From contig JAKAID010000001.1 of NCBI GenBank assembly GCA_021814545.1, forward strand, positions 107,910 to 171,909: a DNA stretch of 64,000 nt, in the 5' to 3' direction. The position numbers were made by a program, and so were the translations under genes. Of this stretch, positions 1-9,493 are shown one piece after another (position 1 is the stretch's first letter; every line of letters starts with the position of its first letter). The notes beneath the pieces are model-generated. The model worked only from the letters and a program-made list of their open reading frames with translations, was not told the origin of the DNA and did not search any database. Origin of the DNA: a bacterium. GTDB lineage: Bacteria > Patescibacteriota > Minisyncoccia > UBA6257 > GWB1-50-10.

Positions 1-1
1 T

Positions 2-1372
2 GATTTTTCTGTGCGCAACGGCTGGAAAGTCACGCTCATGGGCCAGAACGGTGCGGGCAAAAGCACCATTTTTTCGCTTATCACGGGCGCCGCACACCCC
101 GAATCCGGTTCGGTACATATCACGAAGGGTATGTCGATAGCGATCGCGCGCCAAGTCATTCCCCGCGATGAGCTCGACCTTACCGTGCGCGAGTTTTTCG
201 AAAAATGTTTTTCTAAAAAAGTGTACGATATTGACCCTCGCATCGACGAGGTTCTCGAAGTGGTGAACGTGAAGGCACCCCACGACCGCATCGTGCGCTC
301 ATTTTCCGGCGGCCAGCAGGCGCGCCTCCTCCTTGCCTCCGCGCTCATCCAGAAGCCGGACCTTCTTTTGCTCGACGAGCCGACGAACAACCTTGATAAG
401 GCGGGCATCGCGCACCTCACGCAATTCCTCATGGATTATAAAAAGACCTGCATCGTCATTTCTCACGACGCGCAGTTCTTGAACGCATTCACGAAGGGTG
501 TGCTCTACCTCGATATTCATACGCGGAAAATCGAGCAGTACGTCGGCAATTATACCGACGTGGTTGCTGACATCGCGGCGCGTATCGAAAAAGAGAACCG
601 CAAGAATGCACTGCTCGCAAAAGAGATACAGGAAAACAAAGATAAGGCGAACTTCTTCGCACATAAGGGCGGACAGATGCGCCTTGTCGCGAAGAAAATG
701 AGGGAGAAGGTTGAGGAGATGGAAGAGCAGATCGTCGATGTCCGCAAAGAAGATAAAACCATCCGTCCCTTTGTCATCCCCGCACAGCCAGAGGTTGTGG
801 GCGAGATACTGAAGATACACGCCTATACGATTTTCAAAGATCACAAGCCCGTTACCAAGAAGGCGAATGTTTCGGTGAAAAAGAACCAGCACCTCCTCCT
901 TTCCGGCCCCAACGGTATCGGCAAGAGTACGCTCCTTGAGTCCGTCGCGAAAGGCGGCAAGGGCTCTTCCATCGCCGAGGGCGTGCGCGTGGGTTACTAT
1001 CGCCAGGATTTCTCAACGCTCAATTTTGACGATACGGTATATCACGCGCTTGCGTCCGTGAAAGAAAGCGTGGGTGAGGAAGAACTCCGCTCAACCGCCG
1101 CAGGATTTCTCATAGATGAAACGCTCATGAAGAAGCGCATTGGGACGCTTTCGGAGGGCCAGAAAGGCTTGGTGGCGCTGGCACAGCTTGTACTCCTCCG
1201 CCCCGGGCTTCTCATTCTCGACGAGCCGACGAACCACATGAATTTCCGCCACTTGCCGGTCATCGCCGCCGCACTCAATAAATATGATGGCGCAATGGTA
1301 TTAGTAAGCCACGTGCCGGAATTCGTAGCGCAGATACGCATCGACGAAGAGCTCAATATCGGAAAAGAATAA
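2..1372 (+). CDS. ABC-F family ATP-binding protein, 5' end outside window
   Basis: Two ABC domains (GQNGAGKS, FSGGQ, LLLDEPTNNLD; GPNGIGKS, LSEGQ, LILDEPTNH) with a helical linker and no TM segments; the frame is open to the window edge. Confidence 0.9.
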   Translation, partial: DFSVRNGWKVTLMGQNGAGKSTIFSLITGAAHPESGSVHITKGMSIAIARQVIPRDELDLTVREFFEKCFSKKVYDIDPRIDEVLEVVNVKAPHDRIVRSFSGGQQARLLLASALIQKPDLLLLDEPTNNLDKAGIAHLTQFLMDYKKTCIVISHDAQFLNAFTKGVLYLDIHTRKIEQYVGNYTDVVADIAARIEKENRKNALLAKEIQENKDKANFFAHKGGQMRLVAKKMREKVEEMEEQIVDVRKEDKTIRPFVIPAQPEVVGEILKIHAYTIFKDHKPVTKKANVSVKKNQHLLLSGPNGIGKSTLLESVAKGGKGSSIAEGVRVGYYRQDFSTLNFDDTVYHALASVKESVGEEELRSTAAGFLIDETLMKKRIGTLSEGQKGLVALAQLVLLRPGLLILDEPTNHMNFRHLPVIAAALNKYDGAMVLVSHVPEFVAQIRIDEELNIGKE

Positions 1373-1375
1373 GCA

Positions 1376-1403
1376 TAAAACCCCCGCGTTGCGGAGGTTT
1401 TTA
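1376..1403. terminator. Bidirectional intrinsic terminator
   Basis: AAAACCCCCGC-GTT-GCGGAGGTTTT between convergent genes. Confidence 0.7.
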
Positions 1404-2669
1404 TTATTCGCTATGGCGTGGGCCGCGATGACGGAAGCGTGGCGGACGTCGTCCGCGGAAGTGGCTGCGGTCCATATGCGGGAAATGATGGCGATGGCTG
1501 CGCTCTTCACGTTCCGCAGGAATGCCTGTTTTTACTTTCGGCAACGGCTGCGGAAGCTCAGGGAGTCTGCTTACCGGTAAGCTCGCGCGGATGAGGCGTT
1601 CGATAGAGCGGATGTCGTCGCGTTGGTTCGGCCGTGCGAAAGAAATGGCATGGCCGCTTACCCCTGCCCTACCCGTGCGCCCGATGCGGTGCACGTAATC
1701 CTCGGCATTTTCAGGAAGGTCGTAATTAATGACAAGTTCGATGTTGCTCACGTCAATGCCGCGTGCTGCAATATCGGTCGCGACCAGCACGCGGTAGCGC
1801 CCCGTTTTGAACCCCTCAAGCGCCTCGCGCCGCTGGCCGAGCGAGCGATTCGAATGTATCTCCGCTGCGGTGTGACCCAAAAAGCGTACGGTTGCTGCGA
1901 TGCGTTTCGCGTTATGCTTGGTACGCGAGAATACGAGCACCGAGCCGCGATAATCCTGCAGGATTTTTTCCAAAAGGCGAGATTTGTCTTCCTGTGGGAC
2001 GATGAACAATTCTTGCGAAACATCTTTTGCGGTACTTCCCGGGCGCGCGATTTCGACGCGGATAGGAAGTTTCATGTAGGAGCGCGCGATGGCCACTATC
2101 TCTTCCGGCATGGTTGCTGAAAAGAGCATTGTTTGACGCTCCGCGGGAACCGCTGCGACGATCTGTTTTAGCTGCGGCGCAAATCCCATGTCGAGCATGC
2201 GGTCTGCCTCGTCGAGCACTAGCATGTGTACGTTCGCCAGCGATACCGTGCGCTGGTCGAGGTGGTCTATCATGCGTCCCGGCGTGCAGATGATGATATC
2301 AGGTTTCCGTGCGAGGCTGCGAAGCTGTCGCGGCATGGGCTCGCCTCCGATAAGTACCGCGGTCTTTACACCAAGCGGCTGGCCTATTTTTTGGAGCGAT
2401 TCCGCTACCTGAAGCGCCAGTTCGCGCGTGGGAACCACAATAAGGCCGAGGCCTGCGCCGCCCAAAACGCGCTGGAGCATCGGAATGCCGAATGCGTAGG
2501 TCTTTCCTGTACCCGTTTGTGCGATACCCATCACGTCCCTGCCCTCGATGCCTGCCGGTATCGATTGCTCCTGGATAGGGGTAGGAGAAGTGAGGTTATG
2601 TTTTACAAGAACAGAAAGGATGCCGGGGGCAATACCGAGTCCCGCAAAGGTTTTCTTGTCATTATTCAT
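1404..2669 (-). CDS. DEAD-box RNA helicase (RhlE-like)
   Basis: Q motif, AQTGTGKT, PTRELA, DEAD, SAT, ARGID, HRIGRTGR; basic C-terminal tail. Confidence 0.95.
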   Translation of the reverse strand: MNNDKKTFAGLGIAPGILSVLVKHNLTSPTPIQEQSIPAGIEGRDVMGIAQTGTGKTYAFGIPMLQRVLGGAGLGLIVVPTRELALQVAESLQKIGQPLGVKTAVLIGGEPMPRQLRSLARKPDIIICTPGRMIDHLDQRTVSLANVHMLVLDEADRMLDMGFAPQLKQIVAAVPAERQTMLFSATMPEEIVAIARSYMKLPIRVEIARPGSTAKDVSQELFIVPQEDKSRLLEKILQDYRGSVLVFSRTKHNAKRIAATVRFLGHTAAEIHSNRSLGQRREALEGFKTGRYRVLVATDIAARGIDVSNIELVINYDLPENAEDYVHRIGRTGRAGVSGHAISFARPNQRDDIRSIERLIRASLPVSRLPELPQPLPKVKTGIPAEREERSHRHHFPHMDRSHFRGRRPPRFRHRGPRHSE

Positions 2670-2716
2670 AGCCGACCCATTCTATCACGTTGACAAAAAT
2701 AAAGATAGTATGCGGG

Positions 2717-3445
2717 CTATCGCGCTGAAAATGACGCGGTGCGCACGATGCGGTCAAGGAGCCCGCGTACGCGATTCTCATCGAACTCATGCAGGCCGAA
2801 CGAGGCGGGATAATTTTCAAGATACGTCGAGTGGATGACGTATTCGAGCACCACGCACTGGCCGTTGTGTACAGTTGCGTAGGTGGTGGTGTCATAACGA
2901 TTCCCCGCGGCAGCACCGGAATCTTTTGAGATGCGATACGGCACGCCATTTATTGTTTCGTTCGAAATGCTCGAACGGTATTGGTCGGGCAGTTGGTATT
3001 CAAGGCACTGCGTGACCGCAGTGGGGTCATCACTCTCACCTACCGTCAATGTTGCATCAAGAAAATTGGACATCGGCTCGAATAATTTCGGCACGGTAAT
3101 AGAGAGGAGTTTCACGCCGCTTACGCCGTTCGAATCTCTGCGCCATTCGCTCGTATCCATCCATCCGAATTCCTCGAGTGGAAGATCGATGGGGCTTTTA
3201 ATGGAAAAATGAGCACGGTCTATGTCGAACTCGCTCCACTGCGACTGGTCCGCGTAGCTCGGCGGCGCAATAGCTGCGCAGCGGAACGGCGTGAGTATCC
3301 GCTCTTTTTCTGCGCCATACCTGACACCAAGGAAAAACCCGAGTAGTGGCAATACTACAAGCATACCGAGCGCAAGAAGTTTTGAGTACCATGTTACTCT
3401 GCTCCATGCTGGGTGTGCGTGGAGGAATTTACGGAGCTTATTCAT
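2717..3445 (-). CDS. Membrane-anchored extracellular hypothetical protein
   Basis: One N-terminal TM helix (VTWYSKLLALGMLVVLPLLGFFLG); ATG 3445 overlaps the permease stop. Confidence 0.7.
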   Translation of the reverse strand: MNKLRKFLHAHPAWSRVTWYSKLLALGMLVVLPLLGFFLGVRYGAEKERILTPFRCAAIAPPSYADQSQWSEFDIDRAHFSIKSPIDLPLEEFGWMDTSEWRRDSNGVSGVKLLSITVPKLFEPMSNFLDATLTVGESDDPTAVTQCLEYQLPDQYRSSISNETINGVPYRISKDSGAAAGNRYDTTTYATVHNGQCVVLEYVIHSTYLENYPASFGLHEFDENRVRGLLDRIVRTASFSAR

Positions 3446-4643
3446 AGCGTAAGGCTTCTGCCGCATCCATTTTTGCCGCACGACGTGCGGGGAAAAATCC
3501 TGCGACCATGCCTGTGATGAATGTTATCACAAGAATAACCGCAAGTCCCAAAAAATCGAGCGCAGCGAACGAAAAAAGTCCGCCGATGCCAAGGCCTTCC
3601 GCTGTGAGTCCGATAAGATATGCAATGAAAATTCCTATTATCTCCCCTATTATGCCGCCGAAAAGTCCGATGATGCCTGCCTCGAAAAGGAAGAGCGCCA
3701 AAATACTTTCGCTCGAGGCGCCAACTGCTTTTAAGATGCCTATTTGTTTTGTGCGCTCAAGCACCGAGGTATACATGGTGTTCATTACGCCGACGGCACC
3801 CACGATGAGCGAAACGAGCGCCACCACGATGAGTACGAACTCGATGATGCCGAGCACACTCCCCACCAGGCGGTTCGCCTTCATCGAAGTAAACACGGCA
3901 AAATCCCTCACCACTTCCTGACGTTCAAGGCGTGCGCGTATCTGGCGTGCAATGACGTTGATGTTGTACTGCGGGTCTATTTTTACGATGGCAGAGATGA
4001 CGCCACGCCTGTCGGTCAGCAGGTGGAAGTTGTCGAGCGAGAGATAGGCAGAATTGTCGTCTTCTTGGCTGCCGATTCTATCGAGCACGCCCGACACGAT
4101 AATGCGCTTCGAGGAACCGAAGATTATCTCGTCCCCCGCGTGCACGCGTTTATTGAAAAGTTCCGTTGCTGAAAGATAGCCAAGCACTACTTTATTCTCT
4201 GCGTCGTTGTCCGGCCACGCGCCCTCGATAAGTTTTGCTCCCTGCATCTCCTCAAATACGGTGCGCATGCTCTTCCAGCGCACGCCGTGCACCATCATTG
4301 TTTCTTTCTGCCCATTGAACTCTACATTGAACATTGCAATGTCAACCGGCGAAGCGAGCCGGACTCCTGGAACAGTCTCGAGGTCCATAATGTCCCGCTC
4401 CCTGAACCTTTGGCCGCCGAAGAGTGCGTTCACGGGGTTCGTTTCCTTTCCTGGGAAGATGGCTATCATATCGGAGCCGAACATGCTCAATGCCTTGGAA
4501 ACCGCATTTTGGACGCCGGAGCCGAGCGCAAAAATGCACACGACGAGCATCACCGCGATGACAATGCCGAGTACGGTGAGCCAGCTCCTGAGGGGCCGGT
4601 AGCGGATGCCTTTCAACGTGAGTAGTATGAAATCTTCGAACAT
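3438..4643 (-). CDS. MacB/FtsX-family ABC permease
   Basis: RSWLTVLGIVIAV, large extracytoplasmic loop, ERTKQIGILKAVGA, C-terminal PARRAA..EALRYE. Confidence 0.92.
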   Translation of the reverse strand: MFEDFILLTLKGIRYRPLRSWLTVLGIVIAVMLVVCIFALGSGVQNAVSKALSMFGSDMIAIFPGKETNPVNALFGGQRFRERDIMDLETVPGVRLASPVDIAMFNVEFNGQKETMMVHGVRWKSMRTVFEEMQGAKLIEGAWPDNDAENKVVLGYLSATELFNKRVHAGDEIIFGSSKRIIVSGVLDRIGSQEDDNSAYLSLDNFHLLTDRRGVISAIVKIDPQYNINVIARQIRARLERQEVVRDFAVFTSMKANRLVGSVLGIIEFVLIVVALVSLIVGAVGVMNTMYTSVLERTKQIGILKAVGASSESILALFLFEAGIIGLFGGIIGEIIGIFIAYLIGLTAEGLGIGGLFSFAALDFLGLAVILVITFITGMVAGFFPARRAAKMDAAEALRYE

Positions 4644-4644
4644 A

Positions 4645-5517
4645 CTATTCGGTATATGTTGCTTTGTGCACGTGGTGGTCGGGTACCAATGCGCCGTCTT
4701 TCAGCGTTATTATTTCATCGGCTTTTTCCGCAATGTCTTTGTCGTGGGTCACCACCACGAGCGTCTTACTTTGGGTCCGATTCAGCCTAATGAGAGAATC
4801 AAGGAGCATATTGCCGGTTTTCGAATCAAGGTTGCCCGTTGGCTCGTCGCCGAAGATGATGGCGGGGTCGTTCGCCAAGGCGCGGATAAGCGCTACGCGT
4901 TGTTGCTCGCCGCCGGAAAGTTCTGTGGGGTGGTGCATGAGCCGTTCGCCGAGGCCCATTTCAGCAAATCGCTTCCGCGTGTGTTCCATGCGTTCGCCGT
5001 GCGCGTCTCGCGCAAAAATAAGCGGTATTGTCGCGTTCTCGTAGGCATTGAGCCACGGGATAAGGTTATATTGCTGGAACACGAAGCCGAACACGGTCGA
5101 GCGCAAGGATGCCGTTTCTTCTTCGGACATCGTTGATGTGTCTACTCCGCGCACGAATACTTTCCCCTTCGTCGGTTTATCGAGAAGGCCCATGATGTTT
5201 AAGAGTGTGCTTTTCCCCGAGCCGCTCGGGCCGATAATAGAAACAAAATCGCCCTCCCAAATGTGCACATCAACGTCGTGTAAGATGCGCGTTTCAAGCC
5301 TCCCCGTGGTAAACGACTTGTACACGCCATCAAGATGAATGAACGGCGTTCCTAAATATTTTTTCGGATTTTTCTTGAAACGCTCAAGGCAGCCCTCTCC
5401 GCAGAAGTGATACTCCTTCCCTTCGTGCGCATAGGGAAGCGCCTGCGGGAATGTCTGAAGGTGCATCCCGCACACCAGGTCTATCTTTTTTGAGATGCGT
5501 TCGTGTTCAGCGTGCAT
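4645..5517 (-). CDS. MacB/LolD-type ABC ATPase with N-terminal YHS (TRASH) domain
   Basis: DLVCGM...GKEYHFCGEGCLERFKKNPKKY, then [24 protein letters not shown]. Confidence 0.88.
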   Translation of the reverse strand: MHAEHERISKKIDLVCGMHLQTFPQALPYAHEGKEYHFCGEGCLERFKKNPKKYLGTPFIHLDGVYKSFTTGRLETRILHDVDVHIWEGDFVSIIGPSGSGKSTLLNIMGLLDKPTKGKVFVRGVDTSTMSEEETASLRSTVFGFVFQQYNLIPWLNAYENATIPLIFARDAHGERMEHTRKRFAEMGLGERLMHHPTELSGGEQQRVALIRALANDPAIIFGDEPTGNLDSKTGNMLLDSLIRLNRTQSKTLVVVTHDKDIAEKADEIITLKDGALVPDHHVHKATYTE

Positions 5518-5526
5518 TGCGCGCGG

Positions 5527-7086
5527 CTATTGATTCGCGGGCACCTGGACGATATCACCCGCATTGAGACCTTCCGTTATTTCCGTGTCCTCATTGTCCG
5601 AAATGCCGGACTTAACTTCCGTTTCTTTGGCAACGCCGTTTACCACGCGCAATACATACGTGCGCTCATCTTTTTTGTAGATGGCGACAGAGGGGATTTT
5701 TATCACATCATTTTTTGCGATGCCCGCGATAACAAGGTCGGCGCGCATTCCCGAACGCACAATGTTGCCTTCCGCCGCGGCAACCGAGGGGTCAAAAAAG
5801 ATATTCACACGGTAGAACGTATCCCCTTCTTTGATTATTTCTTTGGGGTCTATCGAAATAACTTGTCCTTCGTAGGCGGCGCCAGGGAAGGCATCGAATT
5901 TGATAGTGACCCTGCCCCCATCGTTCGGGCGTACTTTGCCGATATCGAGCTCGGATACGTCCGACTGCATTTTAAGCTCTGCCATCGAAAGCGTGATTGC
6001 CGGTTTTCCCGGGACGAATACTTCGCGCCGCTCGTAGCCGATGTCGGAAATGGTGCCATTCGCGGGTGCGTAGAGTGTTGCCTTTGCGCGGCGGTCTTCT
6101 GCTGCGCCTATCTCGCTCTTTACCTCGTCTATCTGTGCGATGGCAATGGCAATTTCTTCTGCGCGTGTTCCTGCGCGCTTTAACGTCAGCTCATTCTCCG
6201 CAATAGTAAGCGCTGCCCGCGCCGCCGCAATTTTTTCCTTCGCTGACGCGAGATTAGTTATTGCTACGCCCACGCTCAATCTGCCCGCGGACACATTTGT
6301 TCTCCATGTATCGATGGTGGTTTGTGCGACCGCCGCATTGGGCTGGAGCGTATTCAATATTTGCGTCGCCTTGTCGCTCAGGGCGCGTGCGAGCGTGAGT
6401 CCGGTATCTGCCATCGTGGTTGCCGCGGTAAGGTCACTCGAAGTCGTAAGCGATGAGATTGCAGCGTTCCATGTTTTGAGGCGCGATTCGAGCGCGAGAC
6501 GGAGTGCCTCGATGTCTATTTTGGTTTGCGGATCGCTTGGCGAGAATGATAGCTGTGGCGAGGTGTTCGGGTTGTTGAACAGCGGGTCTATCTTATTGCG
6601 TACGGTATCGTCGGCTCGCGTGAATGCGTCCGTGAGCGCCGTCACAAGGACGGTTTTCGCACTTTCGTATTCTGCCTGCGCACGTTCTACGTTCGCTTGG
6701 GAAACGCCTTCGTCCTCAAGCGTGGCGCCCGCTTTCAATTTGTTCAGATTCGCTTGGCTTTGCGTTAATACCGCATCCAACCTTGAGAGTTCGAAATCGA
6801 TATCCTTCGTTTCAAGCTTCATGAGCGCCTCGCCACGCGTGATTTTGTCGCCTTTCGCCACAAAAATGCGGTCGATGATGCCAGAGTAAGGAAATTCAAG
6901 GCTGAATTCCTTAACGGGAACCACCTCGCCCCTCACATTCACGATTTCTTGAATGGGGCCCCGTTCTGCTTTGAATGTAATGACCTCGGATACGGGAGCA
7001 GAAAAATACTTGTGGTAGACCCAATATCCCGTAAGCGCAACGCCCAAAAACACGATTACCCCGAGATACATCGTTATCCTTCTCAT
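5527..7086 (-). CDS. Efflux periplasmic adaptor (MacA/YknX-like membrane fusion protein)
   Basis: N-terminal TM, split lipoyl halves around a long coiled coil, C-terminal GISD..TEITEGLNAGD. Confidence 0.88.
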   Translation of the reverse strand: MRRITMYLGVIVFLGVALTGYWVYHKYFSAPVSEVITFKAERGPIQEIVNVRGEVVPVKEFSLEFPYSGIIDRIFVAKGDKITRGEALMKLETKDIDFELSRLDAVLTQSQANLNKLKAGATLEDEGVSQANVERAQAEYESAKTVLVTALTDAFTRADDTVRNKIDPLFNNPNTSPQLSFSPSDPQTKIDIEALRLALESRLKTWNAAISSLTTSSDLTAATTMADTGLTLARALSDKATQILNTLQPNAAVAQTTIDTWRTNVSAGRLSVGVAITNLASAKEKIAAARAALTIAENELTLKRAGTRAEEIAIAIAQIDEVKSEIGAAEDRRAKATLYAPANGTISDIGYERREVFVPGKPAITLSMAELKMQSDVSELDIGKVRPNDGGRVTIKFDAFPGAAYEGQVISIDPKEIIKEGDTFYRVNIFFDPSVAAAEGNIVRSGMRADLVIAGIAKNDVIKIPSVAIYKKDERTYVLRVVNGVAKETEVKSGISDNEDTEITEGLNAGDIVQVPANQ

Positions 7087-7160
7087 TGCCTTCATTATAA
7101 CAAGTTCAGAGTTCTGAATGTTATAATGTGGTAAAGGTCGTTAATAATTATTCATGCCCT

Positions 7161-7385
7161 ATGAAAGCATTGCATGTCGCCACGTTCATCCTTCTGCTTA
7201 TCGGGGGATTGAACTGGCTCGTGGTTGCGATCGCCGAACTCGTGTACGGCCAGCAGTTTGACCTTGTTACCTGGCTTTTCGGTTCATGGCCGGCAGTAGT
7301 GAACGTAGTCTATCTTGCGGTCGGCTTGTCCGCGGTGTACCAGGCGTGGTCTCATCCGAGGGACTGCAAGGTTTGCTCGATGTAG
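7161..7385 (+). CDS. DUF378 family small membrane protein
   Basis: LLLIGGLNW, FDLVTWLFG, VYLAVGLSAVY. Confidence 0.85.
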   Translation: MKALHVATFILLLIGGLNWLVVAIAELVYGQQFDLVTWLFGSWPAVVNVVYLAVGLSAVYQAWSHPRDCKVCSM

Positions 7386-7389
7386 GCGG

Positions 7390-7417
7390 AAAAACACGGC
7401 CGTACGGCCGTGTTTTT
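7390..7417. terminator. Perfect 28-bp palindrome, likely bidirectional terminator
   Basis: AAAAACACGGCCGTACGGCCGTGTTTTT between convergent genes. Confidence 0.7.
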
Positions 7418-8120
7418 ACTTTGTTTCTTTTATTGCGGCGACCTCTTCTTCGGTAAGAGGCCGGAACTTGCCCGATTCGATACCCTTCAAAGTAATCGGC
7501 CCCACGCGCAATCGCTTGAGCTGGTGGATGGTGAGGTGGAGCGCATCGCACATACGACGTATTTGGTGTTTTCGCCCCTCTTTCAAGGTGAGCTTGAACG
7601 TGTGCGGACTCACGAGGCGTGCCCTTGCGGGGAGCGTTTTTCCGTCAGAGAGCATAATACCTTCTTCCATTTTACGGAGCTTGCTCGGAGAGAGCGGCTC
7701 TGCCACCGTTACCTCATATTCCTTTTCAATACGGTGGTCAATGCCCGTGACTGTCGATGTTATCGTGCCGTCATTCGAGAGCAGAAGGAGCCCCTCGCTT
7801 TCCTTGTCGAGCCTTCCCACGGTATTCAAATATGTGTACTGCGGAAGAAGGTCGAATACGGTCGGGCCTTCGGATTTTATTTTTGACGAAACGATACCGC
7901 GTGGCTTATTGAACGCGAGCGTAAGTTTTTTACCGAGCGCGGGCGCCGCTTCCTTTACTATCTCCACCCTATCCCTTTCCGGGTCAATTTGCGTGCCCAA
8001 CTCGCGCACCACCACGCCGTTCACTGTAATAAAACCCTTCCGCATGAAGTCCTCAGCTTCCCTGCGTGAGAGTATTTTGCGTTCCGAAAGGTATTTTTGA
8101 ATGCGCATCATTTCGCTCAT
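7416..8120 (-). CDS. rRNA pseudouridine synthase, RsuA/RluB/RluF family
   Basis: S4 domain (RIQKYLS..SRREAE), NKPRG, GRLDKESEGLLLL, EGRKHQIRRM. Confidence 0.93.
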   Translation of the reverse strand: MSEMMRIQKYLSERKILSRREAEDFMRKGFITVNGVVVRELGTQIDPERDRVEIVKEAAPALGKKLTLAFNKPRGIVSSKIKSEGPTVFDLLPQYTYLNTVGRLDKESEGLLLLSNDGTITSTVTGIDHRIEKEYEVTVAEPLSPSKLRKMEEGIMLSDGKTLPARARLVSPHTFKLTLKEGRKHQIRRMCDALHLTIHQLKRLRVGPITLKGIESGKFRPLTEEEVAAIKETK

Positions 8121-8190
8121 TATCCTACTTGATGCGATAAAAAATGGAAAGCGGGCAGCGCAAAATGCGCCGCCCGCTTGAGATACGGGG

Positions 8191-8445
8191 TTAGGCCTTC
8201 CCGCGGTAGCGGCGGAAGAACTTGCCCTCCATGGGCCTCGTCTCGCCCTTCACGTCGAGCATGATGTGCTGCTTGTAGGGCAGCCCCGCCGCGAGGGGGA
8301 TGTTCTCGACGGCGCAGACGAGGAAAGGCCCCTCGCTGCCGAGCTGCTTCTTCAGCTGCCAGAGCTTCTTCGCGTCCATGCTGTTCGGGTCAAGCTCCAC
8401 GAGCGTGTGATTCGTGAACTGCTTCATGCGCAGCTCTTCGGACAT
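8191..8445 (-). CDS. Small hypothetical protein (high-GC3 orphan)
   Basis: GGGAGG SD before ATG 8445, strong C/G third-position bias, downstream hairpin 8149-8179. Confidence 0.65.
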   Translation of the reverse strand: MSEELRMKQFTNHTLVELDPNSMDAKKLWQLKKQLGSEGPFLVCAVENIPLAAGLPYKQHIMLDVKGETRPMEGKFFRRYRGKA

Positions 8446-8503
8446 TCCCCTGCCTCCCTTTTGGGTCAAGTGTGTTAATGCAGCTGTTCACCAGCCTAAA
8501 AAA

Positions 8504-9487
8504 TCAGCGCGTTTTTGTCAATTTATGCATTTTTATGACCGCGTCCACTTCTTCTGCGCGGTGAGTCCCCATAAGCGCCACCCGGAGCTCTTTTGCTCCG
8601 TCAAAGCCGTGTGCGTATGCCTTGAAATGCTTTTTCATAATGTCGAAATTCTTTATTCCCTTGTACATTTTTTCGTAGAGCGTTACGTGTTCCGCAAGAA
8701 CGCGCAGCCTCTCTTTCGTTGTGGGGACTTTTTTCCGCTTTTTTTCGTTGAAAAGCCAGGGGTTCCCGAAAATGCCGCGGCCTATCATAACGCCGTCAAG
8801 CCCGTAGCGTTCCGCCTTTTCTTTCGCCTCGCTAAGGTTTTTTACATCGCCGTTTCCCAGGATGAGCGTGTGTCCGCGCGGCGTGCCGTATTTTTTCGCA
8901 AGCATCGCCGCACCTTCAAGCGCATCCCAATGCGCAGGGACTTTTGACATCTCCTTGCGCGTACGCGCATGGATAACGATTGCCGCCGGTTCGGCCTCAA
9001 GGAGTGCGGGAAGCCACGTACTCATCGTATTTTCTCTGTAGCCGATGCGGGTTTTAACGGACACGGGGATGTCTCCCGCGCCGCGCTTCGCCGCCGCGAT
9101 AAGCTCCGCGGCAAGTTCTGGGTTCTTTATGAGCGCTGCACCCGCCCCCTGCTTTTCTATCGCGCGGTCAGGACACCCCATATTAATATCAACCCCATCA
9201 AAGCCGAGCTCTACTACAAGCGCCGCAGACTCTTCCATTTGCTCCGGGTCTGCGCCAAAAAGCTGCGCTACGATGGGGCGTTCGCTTTTGTGGTAGAGAA
9301 GGTCGATGCATAATCGCTTCCTCCCCTTTTCCGAACAAAGGCCCGCCGAGGAGACGAATTCGGTGTACATAACATCCGGCTTTCCGTATTTCGCGATAAT
9401 GCGCCGGAATGCCGCATCCGTAACATCCGCCATCGGCGCAAGCGCCACGATGGGCCTTTTTAATTTCTCCCAAAACCCGCGTACCAT
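8504..9487 (-). CDS. dusB: tRNA-dihydrouridine synthase (DusB-like)
   Basis: LAPMADVTD, DINMGCP, SVKTRIG, HART, GNGDV, MIGRGIFGNPW. Confidence 0.9.
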   Translation of the reverse strand: MVRGFWEKLKRPIVALAPMADVTDAAFRRIIAKYGKPDVMYTEFVSSAGLCSEKGRKRLCIDLLYHKSERPIVAQLFGADPEQMEESAALVVELGFDGVDINMGCPDRAIEKQGAGAALIKNPELAAELIAAAKRGAGDIPVSVKTRIGYRENTMSTWLPALLEAEPAAIVIHARTRKEMSKVPAHWDALEGAAMLAKKYGTPRGHTLILGNGDVKNLSEAKEKAERYGLDGVMIGRGIFGNPWLFNEKKRKKVPTTKERLRVLAEHVTLYEKMYKGIKNFDIMKKHFKAYAHGFDGAKELRVALMGTHRAEEVDAVIKMHKLTKTR

Positions 9488-9493
9488 AGGCTG

